From assembly GCA_030390025.1 (NCBI GenBank), contig CM059431.1:157420001-157484000 (forward strand): 64,000 bases of DNA, read 5' to 3'. This document shows, piece by piece, positions 25,995 to 38,012 of the stretch (the first letter of the stretch is position 1; every line of letters begins with the position of its first letter). The position numbers and the translations under genes are program-made. The notes under the pieces are model-generated. The model was not told the origin of the DNA, ran no database searches, and saw only the letters and a program-made list of their open reading frames with translations. This stretch comes from Squalus acanthias (Eukaryota).

Positions 25995-27483
25995 TGTAGA
26001 CGAGACCCACCCCGTCTCTCTCGACCCTATTCCCACTAAACTGCTGATCAACCAGCTTCCCTTTCTAGCTCTCATGCCAGCTACTATTATGAACACCGTT
26101 GATACTGTTCGCTCCCTTTCAAGTCTGCCGTCACCCAAATAGATCCACCCTTGACCCTCTGTCTTTGCAAATTACCGCCCCATATACAATCTCCTATTCC
26201 TCTCCCAGATCCGTGGCATATTACTGCTAACTCCTTGGTTGATTCTTTCCAATCATGTTTCTTTCCTTGCCACAGCACTGAAACGGTTCTTATTGAATTC
26301 GCAAACTAAATTCTTATGTAATTGTCACCACAGTGCATTATCCCTCCTCATTCCTCCTATCATTTTCATGGCTGACAAGATCAACCTTCTTCAATGCCAC
26401 TCCTCCATTTTCAAGTTCAATAGACCTGCCTTCATTTAGTTCCAGTGTTAACCATGCACTCATAGCCAGAGAATATCATGCAATTGCTTATGTTCGAGTT
26501 TTCGCAAAGTTACCTCTGGAGTCTTCGAAGTTTATACTCTTTTGCCATCCTATCTATATATGCCCTTAGCGACATCATCCGGAAATACACCGTCAGATTC
26601 CATATATACACTGACGACACACCGCTGTACGTCAACCCAACTCTCTCGACCGCTGCACTGCTTCTGTTATATCAAAACACTTGTCTGACATGCTGTCCTG
26701 AATGAGTCAAAATATATTTCAATTAAAGATTGGGAAGACTGAATCCATTTTATTTGCTCCTAGCGACAAATTCCGTTCCCTCCCTGGCAAATGTCTCAGG
26801 CTGAAGCAGACTGTTCACATCCTCGGCCTCCCATTTAGACGCTGAGCTGAGCTTCTGACCCCATCTCGTGTCTATCACAAAGGCTACGTCATAACCCCCA
26901 GCTCCGCCCCTTCTGCTGCTAAAAAACCTGCAGGCTTTTATTACCACCATCTTGACTTACACAATGCAAACCTGTCCCGAATCCCATCTTACACGCTATT
27001 TAAACTTAAGCTCACCCAAAACTCTGCTGACTTTAACCGAACTCGCATAAAGTTCCGCTCACACATCACCCTCTGTTCCTTGAACTACATTGAGTCCTGT
27101 TGCAGAAATGACTCGATTTTAAAATTCTCATTCTCGTGTTCAAATGCCTGCATGGCCGCGCCGCTTCCTATCTGTGTAACCTCCTCCAGCCCGACGATTG
27201 GTCATAATCTGGCCTCATGTGCATCCTCCGCTTTATTTTCCCAACATTAACAGCCGTGCCTTGAGCTGTCTCCGCACCAAACTTTGCAATTCCATCCCCA
27301 AACTTGTCTACTTTCTCCTCCTTTAAGTCTCCTTAAAAGCTACCTCTGATTAGGCTTTTGGTCACTTGTCCTAATGTCTCCTTCTTTGGTTCCGTAGCCT
27401 TATGTTGTCTTATTATGCTCATGTGAAGCGCCTTGGGGCCTTTTACTAAGTTAAATGCGCTATTTAAATGAAGGTTGTTGTTT
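25995..27483 (+). mobile_element. Old L2-clade LINE fragment
   Basis: SLDPIPTKLL, FHIYTDDTPLY; 3' end gtgaagcgccttggg...gcgctatttaaatgaaggttgttgtt. Confidence 0.78.
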
Positions 27484-27489
27484 TAATGT

Positions 27490-27870
27490 GCTAGCCCCCT
27501 CACCCATATGTGTGCAGATGGTTCGGTCCATTTCCACTGATCAGTGCGGTTGGAATTGCAGTGTTCATTCTCTTGTGATGAGCAGACTATCCTGGCCCGT
27601 CCCGTCCCCAAAATGTAGCTAGGGGTTTCGGTCCATTTACAATGACCAATGGGGTTGGGCTGTGGAGACCCTTTGTTTGTAATGATCAGTTCATCCTGGC
27701 CAGTCCCCTCCCCCACATGTATCTGGATTGTTAGGTCCATTTACAATGATCAGTGGGTTTGGGTTGTGGCGATCATCCTGATGTTAGGATCATCCATCCT
27801 GGCCAATTCAGTCATCCATATGTATCTAAGTGGTTCGGTCCATTTGACTGATCCTTGAGGTTGAGTGTAC
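27490..27870 (+). repeat. Diverged tandem repeat of about 104 bp, 4 copies
   Basis: ggtccattt...tgatc...ggttg anchors near 27525, 27630, 27735, 27838. Confidence 0.72.
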
Positions 27871-28369
27871 TGGATGCATTAGTGAAACTCGACAGCTGAT
27901 CGTCACAGGAAAGAAATCCAACCCCGATTCACAGCGTGTTCAGCAATGATAGTCACTGGGACAGAGAATTTGACCGTTCAGTGACTGTTCTGAACTAATG
28001 GGCCCTAAACTGCTCCCTACAGAGTTTATCATGTGAGGTCGGAAGCGGTCTGTACTGTAGAGATGATGGAATGTGGTGGATCCGTAAGGGGTTGCGGTAA
28101 TGGTAAAAACGAGAGGGAGGGTTGTGACGCCTCACTTTTGTATCCCACAGACCAGATTATCTACCATACTGAAGGAGAATCAACCCCTGATTGACCACCG
28201 GTGGGTTGAGAGCCCTGACTACAAACGGGAGCGTGATGGGAAGGATCCAGACGTGGAGAACACTCCCCCTTTGGATGAGGCCAGCTCCAGATCACGGTGT
28301 TATGCAGAACATCGCATTTCTCTGTAGAAAGAGCGCATGCCCTACACTTGCCAGGGTGAAATAATGATT

Positions 28370-28990
28370 TTAGGAAGTCAATGATATGTTGGCCTTCATT
28401 GCAAGAGGATTTGAGTGCAGGAGCAAGGATGTCTTACTACAGTTATACAGGGACTTGGTGAGACCACACCTGGAGTACTGTGGGCAGTTTTGGTCTCCTT
28501 ACCTAAGAAAGGATATATTTGTCATAGAGGGAGTGCAGCGAAGGTTCACCAGATTAGTTCCTGGGATGGCAGGACGGTCGTATGAGTAGAGATTGGGTCG
28601 ACTAGGCCGGTATTCACTGGAGTTCAGGAAAATGAGAGGGGATCAAATTGAAGCGTATAAAATTCTGACAGGGCTAGACAGACTGGATGCAGGGAGGATG
28701 TTTACCCTGGCTGGGGGCTCTAGAACGAAGGGTCACAGTCTCAGGATATGGGGTAGGAAATTTAGGACTGAGATAAGGAGACATTTCTTTACTCTGAGGG
28801 TGGTGAACCTGTGGAATTCTCTACCACAGAAGGCTGTGGAGGCCAAGTCACTGATTATATTTAATAAGTAGATAGCAGGAATATGGTATTGAGATAGAAG
28901 ATCTGCCATGATCATATTGAATGGCGGAGCAGGCTCGAAGGGCAGAAAGGGCCTAATCCTGCTCCTATTTTGCTAAGTTTCTATGTTTTA
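28370..28990 (+). mobile_element. CR1 3' fragment
   Basis: LVRPHLEYCGQFWSP and FFTLRVVNLWNSLP peptides, hairpin and tail. Confidence 0.9.
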
Positions 28991-29805
28991 CATTGAGACC
29001 CCGCGTGGTAGTTAGATGATCTAGAGTCCCATTTTGTTCGTCAATCACAGGTAGTGATGTAACGTGCCCAATTCAGTCACTAGAACCTGCCCTCTGTCAA
29101 TGGGTCCATAACACTCAGAGCAAACCATGGTGAAGTTTGCTACAATCCAAGCAGTAAAATTAATTGGCCATTAAGTCGGCTGCCATCGGCCTCTGGGGAT
29201 GTGAAATTATAGAAATCATTATAGAAATTAACAGCATTGAAGGTGGCCTTCCGGCCCATCTTGTCCGTGCCGCCGACAAAGAACTATCCATCCTAATCTC
29301 ACTTTCCAGCATTTGGTGCATAGCCTTCTAGGTTATGGCACTTCGTGCATATCCATGCACTATTCAAATGTGATGAGGGTATCTGCCTCTACCACCATTT
29401 AAGGCAGTTAGTTCCAAATCCTCACTAAACCTCTGATCAATTAATTTTAATCTATGCCCCCTGGTTATTTGCCCTTCTGCTAAGGGAAATAGGTCGTTCC
29501 TAAACACTCCATCTCGGCCCCTCATAATTTTATACACCTCAATTCGGTCTCCACTCAGCCTCCTCTGTTCCAAAGAAAGCAACACCAGCCTATCAAATCT
29601 TTCCTCATAGCTAAAATTCCCCAGCCAGGCATCATCCTCGTAAATCTCCTCTGCACCCCCTCTAGTGCAATCACAACCTTCCTGTAATGTGGTGACCAGA
29701 ACTGCACGCAGTATTCTAGCTGCGGTCTGATTAGTGTTTTATACAGTTCAAGCATAACCTCCCTGCTCTTATATTCTATGCCTCGTCTAATAAATGCAAG
29801 TACCC

Positions 29806-31278
29806 AGAATTCATTAGACTCGGGAACAGTGCCCATGGATTGGAGGGTAGCTAACGTTACCCCACTAATTACAGACCTGTAAGCCCTACATCAGTTGTGG
29901 GCAAAATGCTGGAGTCCATCATTAAGGATGAAATAGCGGAGCACTTAGCAAATGGGGACAGGATAGGACAGAGTCAACATGGATTTACAAAGGGTAAATC
30001 GTGCTTGACTAATCTATTGGAATTTTTTGAGGGAGTAACTGGTAAAATAGATGGGGGAGAGCCAGTAGATGTGGTGTACCTGGACTTCCAAAAGGCCTTC
30101 GACAAGGTCCCACATAAAAGATTAGCATGGAAAATTGAAGCTCATGGGATAAAGGGGAAAGTATTGACGTGGATAGAGAACTGGCTGTCAGATAGAAAAC
30201 AGAGAGTTGGAATAAACGGCTCATTTTCTGAATGGCAGGCAGTAACAAGTGGGGTACCACAGGGATCTGTCCTGGGTCCCCAGCTGTTCACAATTTACAT
30301 TAATGACCTGGATCAGGGAGTCGGATGCAGCATTTCCAAATTTGCAGACGACACTAAACTAGGAGGGTGGGTGGGCTCAGAGGAGGAGACCAGGAAGCTC
30401 CAGAGCGATTTGGACAGACTGGGTGATTGGGCGGATAAATGGCAGATGCACTATAATGTGGACAAGTGCGAAGTTATCCACCTTGGGTGCAGGAACGGGA
30501 GGGCAAATTATTATTTAAATGGCAATAAATTGGGAGAGGGGGAAGTACAGAGAGACCTGGGTGTTCTTGTACACCAGTCACTGAAGGCGAGCATGCAGGT
30601 GCAACAGGCGGTCAAGAAGGCAAACGGTATGCTGGCCTTCATAGCAAAAGGGTTGGAATACAGGAACAGGGATACCTTGCTGCAGCTGTACAGGGCACTG
30701 GTGAGACCACACCTCGAGTACTGTGTACAGTTTTGGTCGCCTCAGCTGAGGAAAGATGTTCTTGCCATGGAGGGGGTGCAGCGGCGATTCACCAGGCTGA
30801 TACCAGGATTGGCGGGATTGACCTATGAGGAGAGACTATGTAGTTTAGGGATGTACACACTGGAGTTTAGAAGATTGAGAGGGGACCTCATAGAAGTGTA
30901 TAAAATTCTGACAGGTCTAGACAGACTAGATGCAGAAGGAATGTTTCCCTTGGCGGGTGAGAACAGAACTAGAGGACATAATTTAAGGATAAGGGCTAAA
31001 CCATTTAGGACAGAAATGAGGAGGAATTTCTTCACTCAGAGGGTGGTGAACCTGTGGAACTCATTGCCAAAGAGGGCAGTGTACGCCAGCTCATTAAATA
31101 TATTTAAGAGGGAATTAGATATATTTCTACAGGCAAAAGGGGTTAAGGGTTACGGAGAGAAGGCGGGGACGGGATACTGAATTGGAGGATCAGCCATGAT
31201 CTCATTAAATGGCGGAGCAGGCTCGAAGGGCCGGATGGCCTACTCCTGCTCCTATCTTCTATGTATCTATGTATCTAT
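29806..31278 (+). mobile_element. Young 5'-truncated CR1, near-identical to 15432-16930
   Basis: Same sequence and (tctatgta)n tail; TSD gtaccc at 29800-29805 and 31279-31284. Confidence 0.95.
29897..31180 (+). CDS. CR1 reverse transcriptase, uninterrupted 427-aa C-terminal part of ORF2
   Basis: QHGF, DFQKAFDKV, PQGSVLGP, FADD, LVRPHLEYC motifs. Confidence 0.93.
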   Translation: MGKMLESIIKDEIAEHLANGDRIGQSQHGFTKGKSCLTNLLEFFEGVTGKIDGGEPVDVVYLDFQKAFDKVPHKRLAWKIEAHGIKGKVLTWIENWLSDRKQRVGINGSFSEWQAVTSGVPQGSVLGPQLFTIYINDLDQGVGCSISKFADDTKLGGWVGSEEETRKLQSDLDRLGDWADKWQMHYNVDKCEVIHLGCRNGRANYYLNGNKLGEGEVQRDLGVLVHQSLKASMQVQQAVKKANGMLAFIAKGLEYRNRDTLLQLYRALVRPHLEYCVQFWSPQLRKDVLAMEGVQRRFTRLIPGLAGLTYEERLCSLGMYTLEFRRLRGDLIEVYKILTGLDRLDAEGMFPLAGENRTRGHNLRIRAKPFRTEMRRNFFTQRVVNLWNSLPKRAVYASSLNIFKRELDIFLQAKGVKGYGEKAGTGY

Positions 31279-32489
31279 GTACCCCGTAAGCCTTCTTAAC
31301 GAACTTATCTAACTGTCACGCTACCTTCAGGGATCTGTGGACAAGCAGTCCAAGGTCCCTCTGATCTTCTGCACTTCTCAGTGCCCTACCATTTATAGTC
31401 TATTCCCTTGCCTTGTTAGCCCTCCTCAAATACATTACCTCACACTTCTCCAAATTGCTTTCTATTTGCACTGTCCTGCCCACCTGACCAGTCCATCGAT
31501 ATCTTCCTGCAGTCTGTAGCTGTATCCTTCATTTCAACCAAACGGACAATTTTAGTATCACCTGAAAACTTCTTTATCATACTTCCTACATTCATGTCCA
31601 AATCATTGATATATACCACAAAAAGCAAAGGACCCAGTACTGAGCCCTGCGGATCTCCACTAGAAACAGCCTTCCAGCCACAAAAACACACTTCGACCAT
31701 TACACTCGGTTTCCTGCCTCTAAGCCAATTTTGGATCCAACTTGCAACTTTGCCTTGGAACCCATGGGCTTTTACTTTCGTGACGAGTCTGCCATGGGGG
31801 ACCTTATCAAAAGCCTTGCTAAAATATATATAGACTATATCATCGCACTACCCTCATAGCGTCATAGAGTCATAACGGCACAGAAGAAGGTCATTCGGAC
31901 CATCGAGTCTGTGCCGCCTCTCTGTAGAGCAATCCAGTCAGTCGCATTCCCCCGCTGTATCCCCGTAGTTCCGCAATTTTCTTTCCCTCAAGTGCCTATC
32001 TAGTCTCCCCTTGGAAACATTGAATCTACCGTCATTTACCCTCCTGATTACCTCCTCCAAAAATTCAATCAATTTAGTCAGACACGACCTACCCTTAACA
32101 AATCCATGCTGACTGTCCCTGATTAATCCGTGTCGTTCTAAATGATGATTTATCCTGTCACTAAGAAATTTTTCCAATAATTTTCCCAACCCCGAGGTTA
32201 GGCTGACTGGCCAGTAATTACTCAGTCTATGCCTTTCTCCCTTTTATAAGAACGGCACCACATTAGCAGTACTCAAGTCTTCAGGTATCACACCTGTAGC
32301 CAGAGAGGATTGGCAAATGATGGTCAGAGCCTCTACTCTTTCTTCTCTTACTTCTCTTAACAGTCTGGGATACATTTCACCCGGGCCTGGGGATTTATCC
32401 ACGTTCAAAGACGCTACACCCCTTAATACTTCAAGTTACACTATGTTTAGTCCATCTAATATTTTACAATCCTCCTCCCTGATTGCATT

Positions 32490-33450
32490 GTCCTAGGCCC
32501 AACCATCTTCAGCTGCTTCATCAATAACCTTCCCTCCAACATATTTTCAGAAATGGGGATTTTCGCTGATGACTGCACAGTGTTCAGCGCCATTCACAAC
32601 TCCTCAGTTAATGAAGCAATCGATGACCGCATGCAACAAGATCTGGACGCAGTTCAGGCTTGGGCTGAGAAGTGGCAGGTAACATTCGCACCACGGATTT
32701 GCCAGGCAATGACTATCTCCAACAAGCGAGAGTCTAACCAACGCCCCTTGTCATTCAACGGCATTACCAATGCCGAATACCCCACCATCAACATTCATTG
32801 AACAGACACTGGACCAGCCGCATAAATATTTTGGCAACAAGTGCAGGTCAGAGGCTATGTATTCTGCGGCGAGTATTTCACCTCCTGACTCCCCAAAGAC
32901 TTTCCACCATCTACAAGGCACAAGTAAGGATTTTGATGGAATACTCGCCACTTGCTTGGATGAGTGCAGCTCCAACAACACTCAAGAAGCTCAACACCAT
33001 CCAGGACAAAGCAGCCGGCTTGATTGGCACCCGCTCCACCACATTAAACATTCACTCACTCCACCATCGACGTACTGTGGCTGCAGTGTGTACCATTCGG
33101 ATGATGCAAAGAAGCAACTCGCCAAGGCTTCTTCGGCAGCATCTCCCAAGCCCGCTATCTCTTCCACATAGAAGGACAAGTGTAGCAGGCGCATGGGAAC
33201 ACCAGCACCTCCAAGTAGCCCTCCAAGTCACACACCATCCTGACTTAGAAGTGAATCGCGGAGTCTTCATCGTCGCTGGGTCAAAATCTTGGAATTGCGT
33301 ACCTAACAGCACTGTGGAAGGACGTTGACCACATGGAATGAAGCTTTTCAAGGTGGCGGCTCACCACCACTTTCTCAAGGGCAACTGGGGATTTTCAATA
33401 AATGCTGGCCTTCTCAGCGATGCCCACATCCCATAAAACGAATTAAAAAA
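32490..33450 (+). mobile_element. CR1-group (Zenon-like) LINE, 3' fragment
   Basis: MGIFADDCTVF and LSTIYKAQVRILMEYSPLAW peptides; 3' end aataaatgctggcc...cccacatcccataaaacgaattaaaaaa. Confidence 0.78.
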
Positions 33451-34436
33451 CTGTCTGCATCGTCCCCTCTTTTATGAAAACAGACGCAAAGCATTCATTA
33501 AGAACCATACCCATGGGTTCAGCTTCCACACACAGGTTACGTTTATGGTCTCTAATATGCCCTACTCTTACTTTACTTATCCTCTTGCTCTTAATGTATT
33601 TATAAAACAGCTTTGGGTTTACTTTGATTTTACTAGCCAATATTTTTTAATGCTCTCTCTTTGCTTTCCTTATTTTTATTTTCATTTCCCTCCTGTACTT
33701 TCTATACTCCTCTCGGCTTTCTGCAGTATTTGAGTCCACGCTATCTGTCATAAGCTTCCCTTTTTTTCTTTATCCTACCCTGTATGCCCCTTGACATGCA
33801 GGGAGCTCGATATTTGTTGGTTCCACCCTTTTTCTTTAATGGAACATACTTGCTCTGAACCCTCCCTATCTCCTCCTTGAATACCTCCCACTGCTTTGAC
33901 ACTGATTTGCCTTCAAGTTTCTGTCTCCAGTCCACTTTGGCTAAATCACTGCTCAGCGTAATCAAATTAGCTTTTCCCCAATTGAGAACTTGTATTCCTG
34001 GTATGTCCTTTTGCTTTTCCATAACTACCATAAATCTAACTGAATTATGATCACTACCTACAATATGCTGCTCACTGATATCCTTCCCACCTGCTCAACG
34101 TCGTTCCCTAAAATTGGATCCAGAGCCATTCCCTAAATCTAGGTCCAGAACCGCCGCCACTCTTGTTGGGCTGGGTACGTACTGGCTAAAAAAGTTCTCC
34201 TGAATGCATTTTAAGAATTCTGCTCCATCTATGCCTTTCACGCGAATTTTATCTCAGTTAATATTGGGGAAGTTGAAATCCCCTGCTACTACTGCCCTAT
34301 TTTTACACTTCTCAGAAATTTTCCTAAATATTGGCTACTTTAATCTCCCTTTGACTGTTAAGAGTTCTAAGTACACTCCCAGCAGCGTGATTGCCCTTTT
34401 TTTGTTTTTCAGTTCAACCCATATTTCCTCATTTGA

Positions 34437-35435
34437 TACAACAACAGAAAACGCTGGAAAAACTCAGCAGGCCAGGCAGCATCCGTGGAGAGAGAAACAG
34501 AGTTAACGTTTCAGGTCGAAGACCTTTGGTCAGAACTGGAAAAAAGCAGGAAATGAAATAGATTTTAAAGCAAGAATAATGCTGGGAAAAACGGGTGGGA
34601 TTGAAAGAACAAAAGGGATGGTTAGTGATAGGATAGAAAGCAGGAGAGATTAAGAGACATTAAGAGGCAAGAGGAGGTGGTAATGTGACAGGTTGAGGAA
34701 CAAAGTATGGCTCTAGATGAAGTGTGAAATGCGCTGGCAGAATGAAGGACAGCTGCCAGCTTCTGGGAGGGAAGAAAAAAAGGCCAAACAAAAGGGTGGA
34801 TAAAAAAAAAATATATATATATATGTGATGGGTTATGATCTGAAATTGTTGAACTCTTTTTGAGTCCAGAGGGCTGTAGAATTCATAAACGAAAGATGAC
34901 GTGCTGTTCCTCGAGCTTACGCTGAGCTTCCATGGAACAATGCAAGAAGCCGAGGACGGTGAGGTCAGAGTGGGAGTGGAGTGGAGAATTAAAGTGACAG
35001 GCCACCGGGAGCTCGGGGTCCCGCTTACGGACTGAATGGAGGTGTTCCGCAAAGCGGTCACCCAATCTGCGTTTGGTCTCCCCAATGTGAAGGAGACCAC
35101 ATCGTGAGCAGCGAATACAGTATACAAAATTGCAGGAAGTGCAAGTAAATCGCTGTTTCACCTGGAAGGGGTGTTTGGGGCCCTGGACAGTTGGAAGGGG
35201 GGAGGTATAAGCGCATGTGTTGCATCTCCTGCGCTTGCATGGGAAGTTGCCGGGCGAAGGGGAACGGGTGCTAGGGGTGGTAGAGGAGTGGACTAGGGTG
35301 CCGTTGAGGGAGCGGTCCCTGCGGAATGCTGAAAGGGGAGGTGAGGGGAAGATCCATTTGGTGGTGGGATCACGCTGGAGTTGGCGAAAATGGCATAGGA
35401 TGATCCATTGAATGTTGAGGCTGGTGGGGTGAAAT
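34437..35435 (-). mobile_element. Penelope-like element 3' part with GIY-YIG endonuclease remnant and hammerhead-type end
   Basis: ORF 34883-35161 FTCTSCNFVYCIRCSRCGLLHIGETKRRLGDRFAEH...PVACHFNS; hammerhead motif at 34501-34537 (core mutated to CTGACCA, perfect stem II aggtc/gacct). Confidence 0.92.
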
Positions 35436-36525
35436 TTGTTGATCCTTCTAAGATATCCTCCCTCCTCACAGCCGCAATTGATTCTCTAATCAATATTGCG
35501 ACCCCCTCCTTTTTAATCCCCCTCTCTATCCCGTCTATTGCACCTCATTGCAGTGTTCAAGAACCTTATTTAATAACCTTATTGAAGTAACGGGTTTCAT
35601 TCATTAATGTTGATGTAGTGCCCACTTTACCCGTCATTCATTAACGTACCACTTGAACAGGAGATTCTTCAAAAGCCAAACAGCACATGGTTGCAGGTCT
35701 CCGTGGAGTGCAATCCGGTTGGCATCCAACTACAACATTCAACATAAGAAATAGGTAACATGAAAAATCCTAAACCTAAGATAGAGGGAACATAAGAAAA
35801 AAAATAAACAAGGAAAACGTAGTCATAAGAAACATAAAATATTTGAAACGGTGAACATAGGACACAGACAACATAGGACACATTGAACATAGGAATCATA
35901 GGAAACAGGAACCATACGAAACAGCAAACAGAGGAAACAGGAAAAATATTAAAGAGGAAACAAAACAAACAATAAACATAGGAGAGAGGAAACATATGAA
36001 ACAGTAAATATAGGAAAAAGAAGCATAGGAAACACGCAAAATTGGAATCAGTAAAAAAAGAATAAAGAGGACACATGGGAAACAGAAAATATTGGTAAGA
36101 GGAAATACAGGAAAGAGTAAACATAGAAAAAAGGAAACATAAGAAAAATTTAACATTTTAAACCGTAAATATAGGAAACATGAAACAAACGAAACAGGAA
36201 ATATAGCAAAACAGGAACATAGGAAAAAGCCAAAATTGAAAGCATTAACAAAGGTAAATATAAGAAATAGTAAATATAGGAAACAGGAAACATAGGACAA
36301 ATGAAACATTGAAAACAGGAAACATGAGACATTATAAATATAGAAAACAGGAAACAGGAAAACGAACAAACTAACAAACAGTTACCACAGGAAAGAGGAA
36401 AGATAAGACAATTTAAACGCAGGAAACAGGAAACATGAAACGAAAAAAACCAAGAAACAGTAACCATAGGAAACAGGAAATATGGGAAACTGTAAATGTA
36501 GGAAAAAGGAAAGATAGAAAATATG

Positions 36526-38012
36526 GGCCCAAAATTTTCATTCGAAGGCTTCCTGCAGACGTATGCCTCCGACCTGTAAATAATCTAGGCATTTACCTGA
36601 GGACCCGGGAGGTATGGAGGCTTGCAATCCTGGGCCTCTCCGGGTAACCGCAGGAAGAGGCCCACGTATCCCAGGGGCGGAGAGGGTTCGCAAGATCCCC
36701 TGGGATAACGTGGTCCGGCCCAACTAATAAAAGAAGGAGATCTCCATTCATACTAATGGGAGTTCAGTATGTACGAATCCACATAAGTATGAATAGTGGT
36801 CAATTAAAAAATAATCGAGTACATGAAATAAATTTACAAAGATATTACATGCTTAAAATGAATTAAAATGCCATTCAATTAAATATTTTAATCACAAACT
36901 TAATATTTTGAAACAAAATTATGTTTTATCGTGTTTAAAAATAAACTTACCTTATTGAACAAGGCTTTTAATGTATAAATGAGTGATACAGATTTACTTT
37001 TCCATTTTTTAAAACTCTTATGCTGGTAAAAGCAGTCCTTATGCCTGCTTTTACCAGTCCTGTGAATTTCACGGGCATTCAGCAGGCGGAAGTTGCGCAA
37101 ATAGCGCAACTCTCCACCCGCAGAGGCCCTTTTCCTGTGGATGCGGATAATCTGTCAAGATAATTCTTGATGCGGAGATGCCAGTGTTGGACTTGGGTGG
37201 ACAAAAATGAGAAGTCGCACAACACCAGGTAATAGTCTAACAGTTTTTTTGAAAAATCACGTGCTTTCGGAGCTCCTTCTTCAGGTACAAGTACAGTGAG
37301 GGAATACAATTCGGCAGTATATATACACAGAGAGCAATTTGTCTGCAGAGATACAATCTGTTAGTAAGGCATTACATCAAAGACACATCAGAGTACAGCT
37401 AACACAATGAGGTGGGTCACAGGGGGTCCAACGTGTCAAATGTTGCCGTCTGCAGTTGAGCTTCGAACTTTTTTGTTTGTTTTTGTTTTGTTTGGTTTTT
37501 TTTTGTGTTACGCTACAGAACGTGACTCGACGTCGTTGTCTGTCTTTCCAGTTCACGCTACAGAACGTGACTCGACATCGTTGTCTGTCTTTCCAGTTTA
37601 AAAAAAAACACAAAAAAAACAACCAAAAAAAAAAGTTAAAAGCTCAACTGCAGACGGCAGCATGTGACCCACCTCATTGTGTTAGCTGTACTCTGATGTG
37701 TCTTTGATGATATGCCTTCCTAACAGATTGTATCTCTGCAGACAAATTGTTCTCTGTGTATATATGCTGCCAATTTGTATTCCCTCACTGTACTTGTACC
37801 TGAAGAAGGAGCAGCGCTCCGAAAGCTCCTAATTTTAAATAAAACTGTTGGACTATAACCTGGTGTTGTGCGACTTCTCAAGATAATTCTTGACAGATCG
37901 CAAGTACCGGATTTTAAAGGATGTGCTTCGCATGCCGAACCCCGGACCTTGCGTGGCCCAACGGACGTTTACACATCTCGTACGCACCCATAGGGGTCGC
38001 AAAATACCGTCC
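36526..38012. mobile_element. MITE related to 10291-11052, with a nested PLE fold-back
   Basis: Imperfect TIRs ggcccaaaattttc / gcaaaataccgtcc; TSD atg (36523-36525, 38013-38015) restores aaatatgaaaca; shares acttaccttatt and cctt/acgcctgcttt internal words with the first MITE. Confidence 0.72.
37171..37877 (-). mobile_element. Fold-back (about 290-bp arms) Penelope-like 3'-end insertion with a hammerhead motif on each strand
   Basis: Arms 37208-37505 and 37598-37880 are reverse complements; 16-bp TSD tcaagataattcttga (37155-37170, 37878-37893); CTGAAGA-a-ggagc-agc-gctcc-GAAAGCTC at 37800-37828. Confidence 0.88.

Larger units (their letters stand above)
29205..35540 (-). mobile_element. Older CR1 ORF2 in pieces (29205-29805, 31279-32490, 33450-34436, 35440-35540), split by later insertions
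   Basis: Collinear RT/tether/endonuclease peptides on the minus strand (29555-29836, 31440-31700, 31938-32189, 33443-34031). Confidence 0.82.

Noticed and set aside
37208..37880. DNA transposon TIRs or an assembly fold-back artefact
   Set aside because: Arms differ by substitutions and indels, there is a 16-bp TSD and a one-sided tail, and the arm sequence also occurs solo at 50850
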